Shown here: positions 1 to 14,646 of the stretch, in pieces
Numbering within the stretch: position 1 is the first letter of the stretch
Layout of the letters: each line of letters opens with the position of its first letter
NCBI RefSeq assembly: GCF_009914755.1
Contig: NC_060939.1
Length of the DNA: 64,000 nt
Origin: the human T2T-CHM13v2.0 reference genome, Homo sapiens
Strand: one strand, 5' to 3'
The notes under the pieces: model-generated
Seen by the model: only the letters and a program-made list of their open reading frames with translations
What the model was told of the DNA's origin: nothing
Databases searched by the model: none
Translations under genes and position numbers: made by a program

Positions 1-1540
1 CAACAATACTTAGCATAAGATCTACTCTCTTAGTGAATTTTTAAGTGTACAACACAGGATTGTTGTTTATGGTTACAATGCACGCAGTAGAACTATAGGA
101 CTTATTTCATCTTGCATAATTGAAACCTTGTACTCTTTGACTTATACCTTCCTATATCCCCTGCCCCCACAGCCGCTGGTAACCACCATTCAGTTCTCTG
201 CTTCTATGATTCTCTGCTTCTATGAGTCTATTTTAGATTCCTCATAAAAATGGTTTTGTGTAGCATTTGTCCTTCTCTGTCTGGATTATTTTAATTAACA
301 TAATGTCCTCTAGGTACCCATGTTGTTGCAAACAGCAGAATTTCTTCATTTTTATAAGGCTGAATAATATTCCACTGTGGCCAGACGTGGTGGCTCAAGC
401 CTGTAATCCCAGCACTTTGGGAGGCCGAGGAGGGCTGATCATCTGAGGTCAGGAGTTCGAGACCAGCCTGGCCAACACAGTGAAACCCCGTCTCTACTGA
501 AAATACAAAAATTAGCTGGGTGTGGTGGTGCATGCCTGTAATCGCAGCTACTTGGGAGGCTGAAGCAAGAGAATCACTTGAACCCAGGAGGCGGAGGTTG
601 CAGTGAGCTGAGATTGCACTACTGTACTCCAGCCTGGGTGACAGAGCGAGACTCCATCTCAAAAACAAAACAAAACAAAACAAAAACAAAAATTCCATTG
701 TATGTTTATACCACATTTTCTTTATCCATTCATGTTGATTGACATTTAGGTTACTTCCAAGTCTTGGCTATTGTGAATAATGCTGAAGTGAACATAGGAG
801 TGCAAGTATCTCTTCTAGATCTTGATTTTAATTCCTTTGGATATACAACCAGAAGTAGGATTGCAGGATCATATGGTAGTTCAATTTTTAATTTTTTGAG
901 GAACCTCCATACTGTTTTTCATAGAGGCTGCACCAATTTATGTTCCTACCAACAGTGTACAAAGGTTTCTATTTCTCCACTTCCTCACCAGCATTTGTTA
1001 TCTTTTATTTCTTTTGTTTTTGTTTTTATAATAGCTATCCTAACTAGGGTGAGATGATACCTCATTGTGGTTTTGTATTTTCTTGATGATTAGTGATTTT
1101 GAGCACCTTTCTCTATACCTATTAGCCACTGGTATGTCTTCTTTGGAGAAATTTCTATTCAGTTCCTTTGTCCATTTTTTAGTCACGTTTTTTATTTTTT
1201 ATTGTTTTTACTATTGAGTGGTAGGAGTTCCTTATCTATACTGTATATTAACCCTTTATCATATATATGGTTTGTAAATATTTTCTCCAATTCTTTTGGT
1301 TGCCTTTTTAGTTTGTTCATTGTTTTTAGTTTGATGCAATTCTATTGTCTGTTTTGGCTTTTGTTGTCTGTGCTTTTGGTATCATTTCCAAGAAATCATT
1401 GCCAAAGCCAATATCATGGAGTTTTTCCCTGTGTTTTCTTCTAGGAGTTGTATGGTTTTAGGTCTAATGCTTAAGTCCTTAATGAATTTTGAATTATTTT
1501 TTCTGTAGAGTGTAAGATAAGGATCAAATTTCATTCTTTT
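1..1540 (-). mobile_element. Old L1M (L1MA/MB-type) 3' portion, host of a nested L1
   Basis: Antisense L1 3'UTR and ORF2-end sequence. Minus-strand ORF 1382-1573 (RMKFDPYLTLY...DLSIRPKTIQLLEENTG) is L1 ORF2-like. Confidence 0.85.
379..690 (+). mobile_element. AluS
   Basis: Full dimer with an (AAAAC)n tail. Degenerate TSD aatattccactgt / aaaattccattgt. Confidence 0.95.
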
Positions 1541-2070
1541 TAATTTTTTAATTTTTAATTTTTGTAGGTACATAGTAAATATGTATATTTATGGGGTATA
1601 TGAGATGTTTTGATACAGGCATGCAATGTGAAATAAGCACATCATGGAGATTGGGGTACGCAGTTATCCTTTATGTTACAAAGAATTTATCCTCCCCTCA
1701 AGCATTTACCCTTTATGTTACAAAGAATCCAATTACATCCTTCAAGTTATTTTAAAATGTGCAATTAAGTTATTATTGGCTATAGTCACCCTATTGTGCT
1801 GTGAAATGGTAGGTCTTATTCATTCTTTCTATTTTTTTTTTTGGTACCCATTAACCATCCCCACCTCCCTGCCAGGCCCGCACTACCATTCTTAGCCTCT
1901 TTTAACCATCCTTCTACTCTCTATGTCCATGAGTTCAATTGTTTTGATTTTTAGATCCCACAAATAAGTGAGAACACACGATGTTTGCCTTTCTGTGCCT
2001 GGCTTATTTCACTTAACATAATGATCTCCAGTTCCATCCATGTTGTTGCAAATGACTGGATCTCATTCTT

Positions 2071-2375
2071 TTATTTTTTTATTATTTTTTTTGAGACAGA
2101 TTCTCACTCTGTTGCCCAGGCTGGAGTGCAATGGCATGATCTCCGCTCACTACAAACCTCTTTCTCCCAGGTTCAAGCGATTCTCCTGCCTTAGCCTCCT
2201 GAATAACTGGGATTACAGGCACCCGCCACCACATCCAGCTAATTTTTGTATTTTTAGTAGAGACAGGGTTTCACCATGTTGGCCAGGCTGATCTTGGACT
2301 CCTGACCTCAGGTGATCCACCTGCCTTAGCCTTTCAAAGTGCTGGGATTACAGGCATGATCCACTGCGCCCAGCA
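2071..2375 (-). mobile_element. AluS nested in L1
   Basis: Antisense Alu dimer. TSD ggatctc(a/g)ttctttt. Confidence 0.93.
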
Positions 2376-2797
2376 AGGATCTCGTTCTTTTTTATGGCTG
2401 TGTGTAAGTATCACATTTTATTTATTCATTTATCTGTTGATGGATACTTAGGCTGCTCCCAAATCTTAGCTATTGTATACAGTGTTGTAACAAACAGAAG
2501 TGCAGATATCTCTTCAATATACTGAGTTGCTTTCTTTTGGGGCTGTACCCAGCAGTGGGATTGCTGGATCATATGGTAGCTCAATTTTTAGTTTTTTGAG
2601 GAAACTCCAAACTGTTCTCCAAAGTGGTTGTACTAATAATTTATATTCCCAGCAACAATTTACAAGGGTTCCCTTTTCTCCACATCCTTGCCAGCATTTG
2701 TTATTGCCTGTGTTTTGGATATAAGCCATTTTAACTAGTGTGAGATGATATTCATTGTAGTTTTGATTTGCGTTTCTCTGATGATCAGTGATGTTGA

Positions 2798-3111
<314 letters not shown>

Positions 3112-3623
3112 TGAGAAATGTCTATTCAAATCTTTGCCCATCTTTTGATAGAATTATTAGATTTGTTTTCCTGTAGAGTCGAGCTCCTTATATATTCTGG
3201 TTATTAATCCCTTGTCGGATGGGTAGTTTGCAAATGTTTTCTCCCATCCTGTGGGTTATCTCTTCACTTTGTTGGTTGTATCATTTGCTGTGCAGAAGCT
3301 TTTTAACTTGATGTGATCTCATTTGTCCATTTCTGCTTTGGTTGCCTGTGTTTGTGGGCTATTGGTCAATAAATGTTTGCCCAGATCAATGTCCTGGAGA
3401 TTTTCCCAAAAGTTTTCTTGTAGTAGTTTCATAGTTTGAGGTCTTATATTTAAGTCATTAATCCATTTGATTTGATTCTATTTTTATATATAGAGAGAGA
3501 TAGAGGTCTAAGTTTCATTTTTCTGCATAGAGATATCCAGTTTTTCCAGCACCATTTATTGAAGAAATTGTCTTTTCCCCAGTGTATGTTCTTGGCACTT
3601 TTGTTGAAATGAATTCATTGTAG

Positions 3624-3971
<348 letters not shown>

Positions 3972-6226
3972 TCATTTCTGTTTTTACACTAATACAATGC
4001 TATTTTGATAACTATAGCTCTTTAGTATCATTTGAAGTCAGGTAATGTGATTCCTCCAGTTTGTTCTTTTGACTTAGGATAGCTTTGGCTATTCTGAGTC
4101 TTTCGAGGTTCCATATAAATTTTAGGATTCTTTTTTTTATTTCTGTGAAGAATGTTATTGGTATTTTGATAGGCATTGCATTGAATCTGTAGGTTGCTTT
4201 GGGTAGTATAGGCATTTTAACAACATTGATTCTTCCAATCCATGAATATGGAATATTTTTCCTTTTTTTTTGGTATTCTTTTCAGTATTTTATAGTTTTC
4301 TTTATAGAGATCTTTTACTAATTAACTTAATAATTCTTTGGTTAATTGCTAGGTATTTAGTTTTATGTGTGGCTACTGTAAATGGGATTACTTTTTAAAT
4401 TTCTTTTTCACATTGTTCACTGTTGGCCTGTAGAAATGCTACTGATTTTTGTATGTTGATTTTATATCCTGCGACTTTACTGAATTTGTTTATCAGTTCT
4501 AATAGTTTTCTTGTGGAATCTTTAGGTTTTTCCAAATAAAAGATCATATCATCTTCAAACCAGGATAATTTGACTTCTTCCTTTCCAATTTGGATGCCCT
4601 TTATATCTTTCTTTTGTCTGATTGCTCTAGCTAGAACTTTCAGTATTATGATGAATAATCGTGGTGACGGTGTGCATCCTTGGTGTGTACAAGATCTTAG
4701 AGGAATGGTTTTCCATTTTTCCCCATTCAGTATGATACTAGCTGTGGGTCTGTCATATTAAGCCATATATGACAGACCCACAGCTAGTATCATACTGAAT
4801 GGGGGAATTTGTTCATTTCTTTTAGATTTTCCAATTTATAGTTATATAATTTCCCGTAATAGCCACATATGTCATATATGGCTTTTGAGGTATGTTTTTT
4901 CTATCTGCAGTTTTTTGAGGGGTTTTATCATGAAAAGATTTTGAATTTTATCAAATGCTTTTTCAGCATCAATTGAAATGATCATATGGTTTTTATCCTT
5001 CATTCTGTTGATATGATGTATCACACTGATTGATCTGTGTATGTTGACCATCCTTGCATCCTTGCATACCAGGGATAAATCCCACTTCGTCCTGATAAAA
5101 TGATCTTTTTAATGTATTGTTGAATTCAGTTTGCTAGTAATTTTGTTGAGGATTTTTGTATCAATATTCATCGGAAATCTTGGCCTTTAGTTTTATTTAT
5201 TTATTTTTAATGTGTCTTTGATTTTGGTATCAGGGTAACTCTGGTCTCACAGAATGAGTTTGGAAGTATTTCCCTCTCCTCTATTTTTTGAAACAGTTTG
5301 AATAGGATTGGTATTAGCTCTTCTTTAAATGCTTGGTAGAATTCAGCAGTGAAGCTGTCAGGTCCCAGGCTTTTCTTTACTGGGAGACTTTTTATTAAAG
5401 CCTCAATCTTGTTACTGTTATTGATCTCATTAGGCTTGAATTTCTTCCTGGTTAAATCTTGGTTAGGTTGTGTGTATCTAGGAATTTGTTCATTTCTTTT
5501 AGATTTTCCAATTTATAGGCATATAGTTGCTCATCATAGCCACTAATAATCATTTGAATTTCTGCAATATCAGTGTAATGTCTCCTTTTTCATTTCTGAT
5601 TTTATTTATTTGGATCTTCTCTCTTTTTTTCTTAGTCTGGCTAAAGGTTTGTCAATTTTGTTTAACTTTTCAAGAAACCAACTTTTTGTTTCATTGATTT
5701 TTGTATTGTTTTTTCATTTTAATTTCATTTACTTCTGCTCTGATCTTTATTATTTCTTTTCTTCTAATTTTGGGTTTAGTTTGCTCTTGATTTTCTTGTT
5801 TTTAATATGTATTGTTAGGTTGTTTGTTTGAAGTTTTCTCTTTTTGGATGTAGGCACTTATAACGATAAAATTCCCTCTTAGAACTGCTGTATCCCGTAA
5901 GTTTTGGTATGTTGTGCTTCCATTATCATTTGTTTCATGAAATTTTTAAATTTCCTTCTTGATTTCTTTATTGACTGGTCATTCAGGAGTATATTGCTTA
6001 ATTTCCATGTTTCTTTTTTATAGTTTCCAAGATTCCTCTTGTCATTGATTTCTAGTTTTTCTAGAGAAGAAGCTTGATATTACTTCAATTTTTTGAATGT
6101 TTTAAGACTGTCTTGTGACCTCGCAAATGGTCTATACTTGAGAATGATCCATGTGTTGAGGAAAAGAATATGTATTCTGCAGCTCTTACATGAAATGCTC
6201 TGTAAATATCTATTAGATCCATTTAG

Positions 6227-6740
<514 letters not shown>

Positions 6741-8026
6741 GGGTGCATGTGTATTTAAAATTATTATACCCTCTTCCTGAATTGACTCCCTTATCATTAT
6801 AGAGTGACCTTTGTCTCTTCTTGTTGTTTTTATCTTGAAATCTATTTTGTCTGATATAAGTATAGTGACTCCTGCTCTTTTTTGGTTGCCATTGGCATGG
6901 AATATCTTTTTCCATCCCTTTCTTTTCAGTCTGTGTGTGTCTTCATAGGTGAAGTGTGTCTTGCAGGCAACAAATCAATGGGTCTTGTTTTTTCATCCAT
7001 TTAGTTGGTCTGCGTGTTTTGATTGCAGAGTTTGGTCCATTTGCATTCAATGTTATTATTGATAAGTAAGGACTTACTCCTGTCATTTTATTCTTTGTTT
7101 TCTAGTTGTTTTGTGGTCTTTTCTTCCTTTTTTCTTTCCCTCCTGTCTTCCTCTAGTGAAGGTGATTTTCTCTGGTGATGTGATTTAGTTTCTTGCTTTT
7201 TATTTTTTGTGCATCCCTTATATGCTTTTTGCTTTGATGTTACCATGAGGCTTGCAAAGATTATCTTATAACCTGTTGTCTTAATGTGATAACAACTTAG
7301 CATTATTTGCATAAGCACACAAACCAGCAAAAAGAAAACTAATAACTATATGCCTTAACTTCATCCCCCCCACTTTTTAACTTTTTGTTGTTTCTATTTA
7401 TATCTTATTGTACTGATTATGTCTTGAAAAGTTGTTGTAGTCATTATTTTTGACTGGTTCATTATTTAGTCTTTCTACTTAGGGTAAGAATAGTTTATAC
7501 ACCACAGTTACAGTGTTATAATACTCTGTGTTTTTCTGTGTACTTACTATTGCCAGTGTGTTTTGTAACTTCCAGTGATTTTTTATTGCTCGGTAATGTT
7601 CTTTTCTTGCTGACTGAAGTATTCCCTTTAGCATTTCTTGTAGGACAGGTATGGTACTGATGAAATCCCTCAGCCTTTGTTCATTTGGGAAAGTCTTTAT
7701 TCTCCTTCATGTTTGAAAGATATTTTCACTGGACATACTATTCTAGATTAAAAGTGTTTTTTCTCCTTCAGCATATTAAATATGTCATACCACTCTTTCC
7801 AGGCCCATAAAGTTTCCACTGAAAACTCTGCTGCCAGATGTATTGGAGCTCCATTGTATGTGATTTGTTTCTTTTCTCTTGCTACTTTTAGGCTCATTTC
7901 TTTATCTTTGACCTTTTGGAGTTTACTAATTAAATTCCTTGAAGTAGTCTTTCTTGGGTTAAATCTTCTTGGTTTAAGATGTGTTCCATAACCTTCCTGT
8001 ACTTGGATATTGATATGTTTCTCTAG

Positions 8027-8363
<337 letters not shown>

Positions 8364-11060
8364 GTTATTTTCCCTTTGAATAAACTTTCTAATCCTACCT
8401 CTTTATCTACCTCCTCTTTAAGGCCAATAACTCTTAGATTTGCCTTTTGAGGCTATTTTCTAGATACTGTAGGTGTGATTCATGGTTTTTTATTCTTTCT
8501 TATGTCTCCTCTGACTGTATTTTCAAATAGGCTGTCTTCAAGCTCACTACTTCTTTCTTCTGCTTGATCAATTCTGCCACTAAAGGACTCTGATGCATTC
8601 TTCAGTATGCCAATTGAGTTTTTCAGCTCCAGATTTTCCCCTTGATTCTTTTTAATTATTTTAATCTCCTTGTTAAATTTGTCTTCTGAATTCCTTCTTT
8701 GTGTTATCTTGAATTTCTTTGAGTTTCCTCAATACAGCTATTTTGAATTATCTTTCTGAAAGATCACACATCTCTGTTTCTCCAGGATTGGTCCCTGGTG
8801 CCTTATTTAGTTCATTTGGTGAGGTCATGTTTTCCTGGATTGTGTTGATACTTGTAGATGTTCTTCAGCATCTGGACATTGAAGAATTAGTTATTTATTT
8901 TGGTCTTCACAGTCTGGACTTGTTTGTGCCCGTCCTTCTTGGAAAGGTCTTCCAGGTGTTTGAAGGGACTTGACTGTTGTGTTCTAAGCTGTAGCTGTTT
9001 TAGGGGGAACCCCAAGCTCACTAGTGCTGTGATTCTTCCAGACTCATAGAGGTACCACCTTGATGGTCTTGGACATGATCCAGGAGAATTCTCTGGATTA
9101 CCAGGCAGAGGCTCTTGCTCTCTTCCCTTACTTTCTTCCAAACAAAGTCTCCCTCTGTGTCCTGAGCCACCCGAAGCTAGGGATGAAGTGACACAAGCAC
9201 CCCTGTGGCCACCACTACTCTGACTGTGCTGCATCATACTGGAAGGCAGCACAGCACTGGGTCTTGCCCAAGTCCTGCTGTAACCACTCCCTGGCTACTG
9301 CTTATGTTCATTCAAGGCCCTGGGGTTTTATGATCAACAGGTAGCAAAGCCAGCCAGAGCCGGGTCTTTCCCTTCAGGGTGGTGAGTTCCCCTAGGCCCT
9401 GGGTAGGTCAGTAGATGCTGTCCAGCAGCCAGGGACTACAGTCAAAACCACTAGAAGTCCACCTGGTGTTCTACTGTACTGTGGCTGAGTTGTCACTCAA
9501 ACCACAAGACACAATCCACTCTTTCCTCCACTTTCCAAAAGTAGAGGAGCCTTACCCATGGCCACTGCCACCACAGGCCCACAGGAAATACTGTGAGATT
9601 ACTGCTGATGTTCCCTTAAGGCCAAGGACTTTTCAATCAGCTTGTGCTGAATGCTGCCTGACCTGGGACTCACCCTTCCAGCAGGCTCCCCTCTGACCCA
9701 GGGCAGGTCCAAGAATGCTGTCCAAGAGCCGAGTCCTAGAACTGAGGATGCCAAGAGCCCATTTTGTGCTCTACGTTCCTATGGCTGAGCTGGTACTTAA
9801 GATGCAAGACAAAGTCCCCTTTACTTTTCCCTCTGCTTTTCTCAAATGGAAGGAGCCTTGACCAAAGCCACCACATCTGGGAATGTGCTGAGTCTCACCT
9901 GAAGCCAGCAAGGCTCAGTATCTTGCCCAAGGTCCTTGACTTATTAGCTAGGTATTGCTGCTGGTTATACAGAACTTAAGAGCTCTTTGGTTAAAAGGTG
10001 ATGAATGCCGCCAGGACGGGGTTCTTCCCTTCAAGGGAGCAGGTTCCCTTTTGGCCTAGGATGTGCCTAGAACTGTCCATGAGCTAGGACTGAAAAGGGG
10101 GCCTTAAGCTTCTCACCCATGCCCTATCCTGTTGTGGCTGAACTGATATCTGAGATGCAAGACAAAGTCCTTTCCACTCTTCCTTCTCCTCTCCTCTCCC
10201 CAGGTGGATGGAAGGGTAGCAGTTACCCTCTGACTTAGGGTGTGTCTAGAAATGTCATCTGGAAGCTAGGGCCTGGAATGGGGGCCTCATGACTCTGGCC
10301 AGTGTTTTATTCTGCTGTAGTTAAGCTGGTATCCAAGATGCAAGACAAAGTCCTTGCCACTCTTCCCTCTCCTCTCTTCAAGTGGAAGAAGGAGGTCTCT
10401 TTTGGAGCCAGAAGCTGTGCAGCTTGGAGTTAAGGGAGGGATGATGCCAGCACACCCTTAGCCGCCCTGGCTGGTGTCTCAGTATGGTACATGTCCCCTC
10501 CCAGGCCACTGTTTCTGTGCCTAGTTCAGCACTAGGATTCACCTAAGAGTTGCAGTCGTTATGGCTTAGACTGCATTTTAAGTTCATTTAGCGATACAGA
10601 GCTCTGTAGCACACAGTGGCGAGGTTTGCAGGAACTCAAGTTCAGACTGCTGGGATTGGCGATTTCCCCTGGCTAGTGCTGGTGTAAATGCTCCTTTGGT
10701 GGGCAGGCATCAGCTGAGTTCAGTCCAGTTTTCCTTTCTGCTCTAACAGGACAGTACTGAGTTCAATGCCTCACAATTACTGTGTTCTCCCTCCCCCAGT
10801 GCCCAGACATTCTCTGTTCTTCACACCATTCTGCCACTGCAGGGGGTGGGGAGGAGTTTTGTTGGCAATTCAGGACTGTTTTTTTCTATCTTTTCAGTGA
10901 GTCTTTCAGCAATATGAAGTTAAAACCAAGTACTATGATTGTTCACTGATTTTTCATTCTTATACAGGTGTTTTTTTTCTATATAGTTGTTAAATTGGTG
11001 TCCTTGAGGGGGCAATAATCGGTGGAAACTTCTATTCTGCCATCTTGCTCCACCTCTCTC

Positions 11061-11505
11061 TCAAATTTTATTCTTTTGCTTTGGGATATCCAGTTTTCCA
11101 GTACCATTTATTGAAGAGACTATCCTTTACTCATTGGGTATTCTTAACACCCATGTCAAAGATTAACTAACCACATATATGTGAGTTTATTTCTGGGCTT
11201 TCTATTCTGTTCCATTGGTCTATATGTCTGCTTTCACATCAGTACTATACTGTTTTGATTACCGTAGCTTTGTAAGATATTTTGAAATTAGGATGTGTGA
11301 CACTTCTAGCTTTGCTTTTCTTGCTCATAATTGCATTGGTTTTGGTGTCTTTTGTGATTCTATACAAATTTTAGGGTTTCTTGTATTTTCTGAAAAATGT
11401 TGAAATTTTACTACAAATTGCATTGAATCTGTAGATCACTTTGGGTAGTATGGGCATTTTAACAATATTGATTCTTCTGTCCATGAATATGGGATGGAAA
11501 TTTCA
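11061..11505 (-). mobile_element. Continuation of host L1M (5'-truncated)
   Basis: Resumes ORF2 antisense sequence (gatatccagttttccagtaccatttattgaagagac) where the element was interrupted at 1540. Confidence 0.85.
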
Positions 11506-12912
11506 TTTATGAGGGAACATGGGCAAAGCAAACTCCCAGGGTGTTTGTCGTGTTCTGGTGGAGCACTCTGCTGGCTGCTCAAACTGCTGCCATGGTCTTT
11601 AGCACATGTGAATTATACCTCTGAGAAGGTGCTGATCTGTGTGCTCTGAGTGCCTCCTCTACACTTTCCCCAGGCCCTCACCCAGGGCTGGGACCCACAC
11701 TTGATTGGGGATGGAGATTGGGATGACTGAGCGCAGAAAAAGTCAGAACGACAACTGATGAAAACAGAAGCCTGAAAGAATGTCCAGGATCTTAATAGTG
11801 GTTGTCTCTGGGAGAGTATTATTTATTTTGTTGTATTTTGCTTGTCTAAGTTTTCTGAAATAAACAAATAGGAGGAAAAGGTTGGAAATGTTTGTTTTAA
11901 TGTATACAGGAAAGAAAAGTTAGATTCAGAGACTCTTATGACAGCAGTGTATCTCCAAAATGTCCAGGAGAGAAAGTAGCCCGCCCCAGGGGTAGCTGTG
12001 GCCCTAGAGGGGCTGCAGTGGATCCACCCCAACGTCAATGTGCATTAGAATTTGCCCAACTAGTTCCACTTGCTGTAATGCCATGCTCACCAAACAACAT
12101 TCTGATAATAATTTAGTATCCCAGGAAAATTGTCTTCAGGGAGAAGCTGCACTCACTGAACACAAGCATCCATCCTCCTGTTAGTTACATTTTCTTCATT
12201 AAAAATTAATACATTCACTTTCTGTATTTGGTTTTTGAGATGATGGATTTTTTTTCAGATCCCAGATGAGAACAACAATCCTCTCTCTGTCTAGCTAATG
12301 TGTTTGCCCTGGTGTGTCCTGGGGCAGATGCAGGCTCTGCTTCTCCTCTGATAGTGGGAAGGGAATTTGAATTTCAGTGAACAACTGTAACCAATTATTG
12401 GAGTCATTGCAGAAGATCAGATATTTTATTGAAACGATGTCAGAGAATAGAAAGGTTTAATTAGACAGGGTTATGGACCCCTTTTCATTGAAATCATATT
12501 TATTCAAAGATTATCTGTAGCATTTTGAATTTAATTCCTTAGCATAACAGTGGAGAGAAATAGAAACTTGCAAAACCAATTATAACAGTTCATCAAAGCA
12601 TTCAAGAAGGATATATAGCTGATCAAAAAGCTCATGTAACCTGTATTTCCTATCCTGGCAATAGGGCTGCAGAGGAGAAGACAGAACAGGCACTGTACCC
12701 TGTCTAACTCGGTAGGTGGTGGGATAACTCCATGTGTCTCCATTCATTCCCCATCATTAATTATGACCACTGCTCTAACCCCATTTTTCTGTAGTGTGAC
12801 TAATTAAATAGATTTTTATATATACATAAAATTGTATATTATATTGTTATAAATATATATTAGATATAGATAGATGGAGTTGATTTGTTGTCACTTTTTC
12901 CTCTAGTCTGAT

Positions 12913-13431
12913 ACTCAGTTTTATGTTCCTATGTTCCCATTAGCTCAAGGCTTGGGCTTCAGAAGGGAAGAAAATGAAGATCTTAGCTTCTAGAACTTAC
13001 CTTTGGTTCTCTTGTCCTTTTCACAAACTTGACAGTGTTGAAAATGAGGTTCATTGTACCACACAAGAAAAAGGTAGTCCTGCCTTAAAAAGTCATTTAA
13101 ATTTCTATTCTTAAGGGTTTTTGCTTAACCAGTTTTGTAAGTTTAAAAGCTTTTAAAGGCAAACTTTATGGAGATGGAGATGGTATTTCTAAATTCTAAA
13201 GCTCTTTTCTTTAACAGATTAATGCTTGATGGTACTGACCTTAGAGTCTTAGGTGGGAGGAGGCCTGTGAAAAAAGATGGGAAAATGAGAAGCCTAAAAT
13301 TTTCAACACTTTCAAGTTTATGAAAAGGACAAGGGAACCAAAGGTAAGTTCTAGAGGCTAAGGTCTTCATTTTCTTCCCTTCTGAAGCCCAAGCCTTGAG
13401 CTAATGGGAACATAGGAACATAAAAGTGAGT
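12913..13431. repeat. Inverted repeat, 133-bp arms, 253-bp spacer
   Basis: 12913-13045 is the reverse complement of 13299-13431, with 6 mismatches and no gaps (counted by eye). Confidence 0.95.
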
Positions 13432-14646
13432 CACCACTGAGTCATCCACAACCCTCAGGCTCAGGGCTGCTTTCCCAAGAGAAGCCGGAGGAGGCAGAAA
13501 CCCCCTGGGGAGTGTGGCACTCTGCTTGGCTCCATGTCCAACATGGCATCAGAGTCATGGAGCAGGGGGAGCTGACGGGACAGGTGAGGCTGGGGCAGTG
13601 CTCCTGGCTCCCCCAAAGCCTCAGCCTGCCTGCAAGGATGCCTATGTGCCCTGTTCAAGTGATGGGAAGTGCTGGGAGAGCCAGAGCACCAGCAGGATGA
13701 AGAGGCTCCCATGAGAGGGGTCTTTATAAAGGTGCAGGTAGCTGGGACCCAGACTCCAGAGATGAGTACCAGTGCAAGATCTGAGAAGGTTATAGGGGAT
13801 GGGCCATAACACAGTGGTTACCAGTTAAGTGTATAGATCAGATGAGCCATCCTACAGCAGCAAGCCCCCAAAGGATACCCACCGCAGGAACACTGTAAGG
13901 TGTCTGATCCATCTCTTAGGAAGGAGAAAGATAGTAAAGCAGCACTCTTGAAGGCTGAGGATTTACCCAGAGACCGTGTCATCCAAAATGTATGAATCAT
14001 GCCAGGTCCCGTAGGAAATTGAACTTTGAATAATATGATTACTTAAACAAAAGGAGACTGTTTAAACCCTAAGAGACAGAAACTCTAATTAGCAAGTTAA
14101 TTAGCAAGTACCTAGAGGGGGTGGAGGCTTACAGGAAATTAACTACAACTTCTTTGTACATGTGAGTATATAGTCTGAGTTATTTGTAACCCTGCTACAT
14201 TGGCTAAGTAAAACACATGAAACCCCAAGGAAAGTTCTTTCTCTTAGCTTTGCTTTGATTGCAAAGTGTGCTTGCTTAGTAAGGGAGACAAAGGGCTGGG
14301 TGGACCCAGTCTACCTAACTTACCCTACCCCATGTCCATGACCTCCGTCACTGTCCACCCTTTTAGGTTGTGCCTGTGAATATTCCCCTCACCCCACAGT
14401 GAATCATTCCCCTAGACCGCTTCCTTTTCCCCAACTCACAGTGGCTAAAACAATCAGGAAATGTATTACCTTCCCTAACTGAAAGTCCAGAGGCTTCAGG
14501 CTAAATTGATTCAGTGGCTCAGCAATGCTACCAAGGCCCTGATTTTGTTCCATCTCTCGAGTCTGTTATTATTAGTGCTGTCTCAGCTCTCAGCCTGGTG
14601 GAAGTTGGCTGCAGCGGTTCTAAGAGTCGCGTGCAGACACTGTCTT

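Noticed and set aside
291-716. This and many other ORF-track entries (e.g. 6233-6724, 8100-8450, 35913-36296, 43190-43585, 57388-57864)
   Set aside because: Translations of Alu sequence ([11 protein letters not shown]..., WDYR...), not genes.
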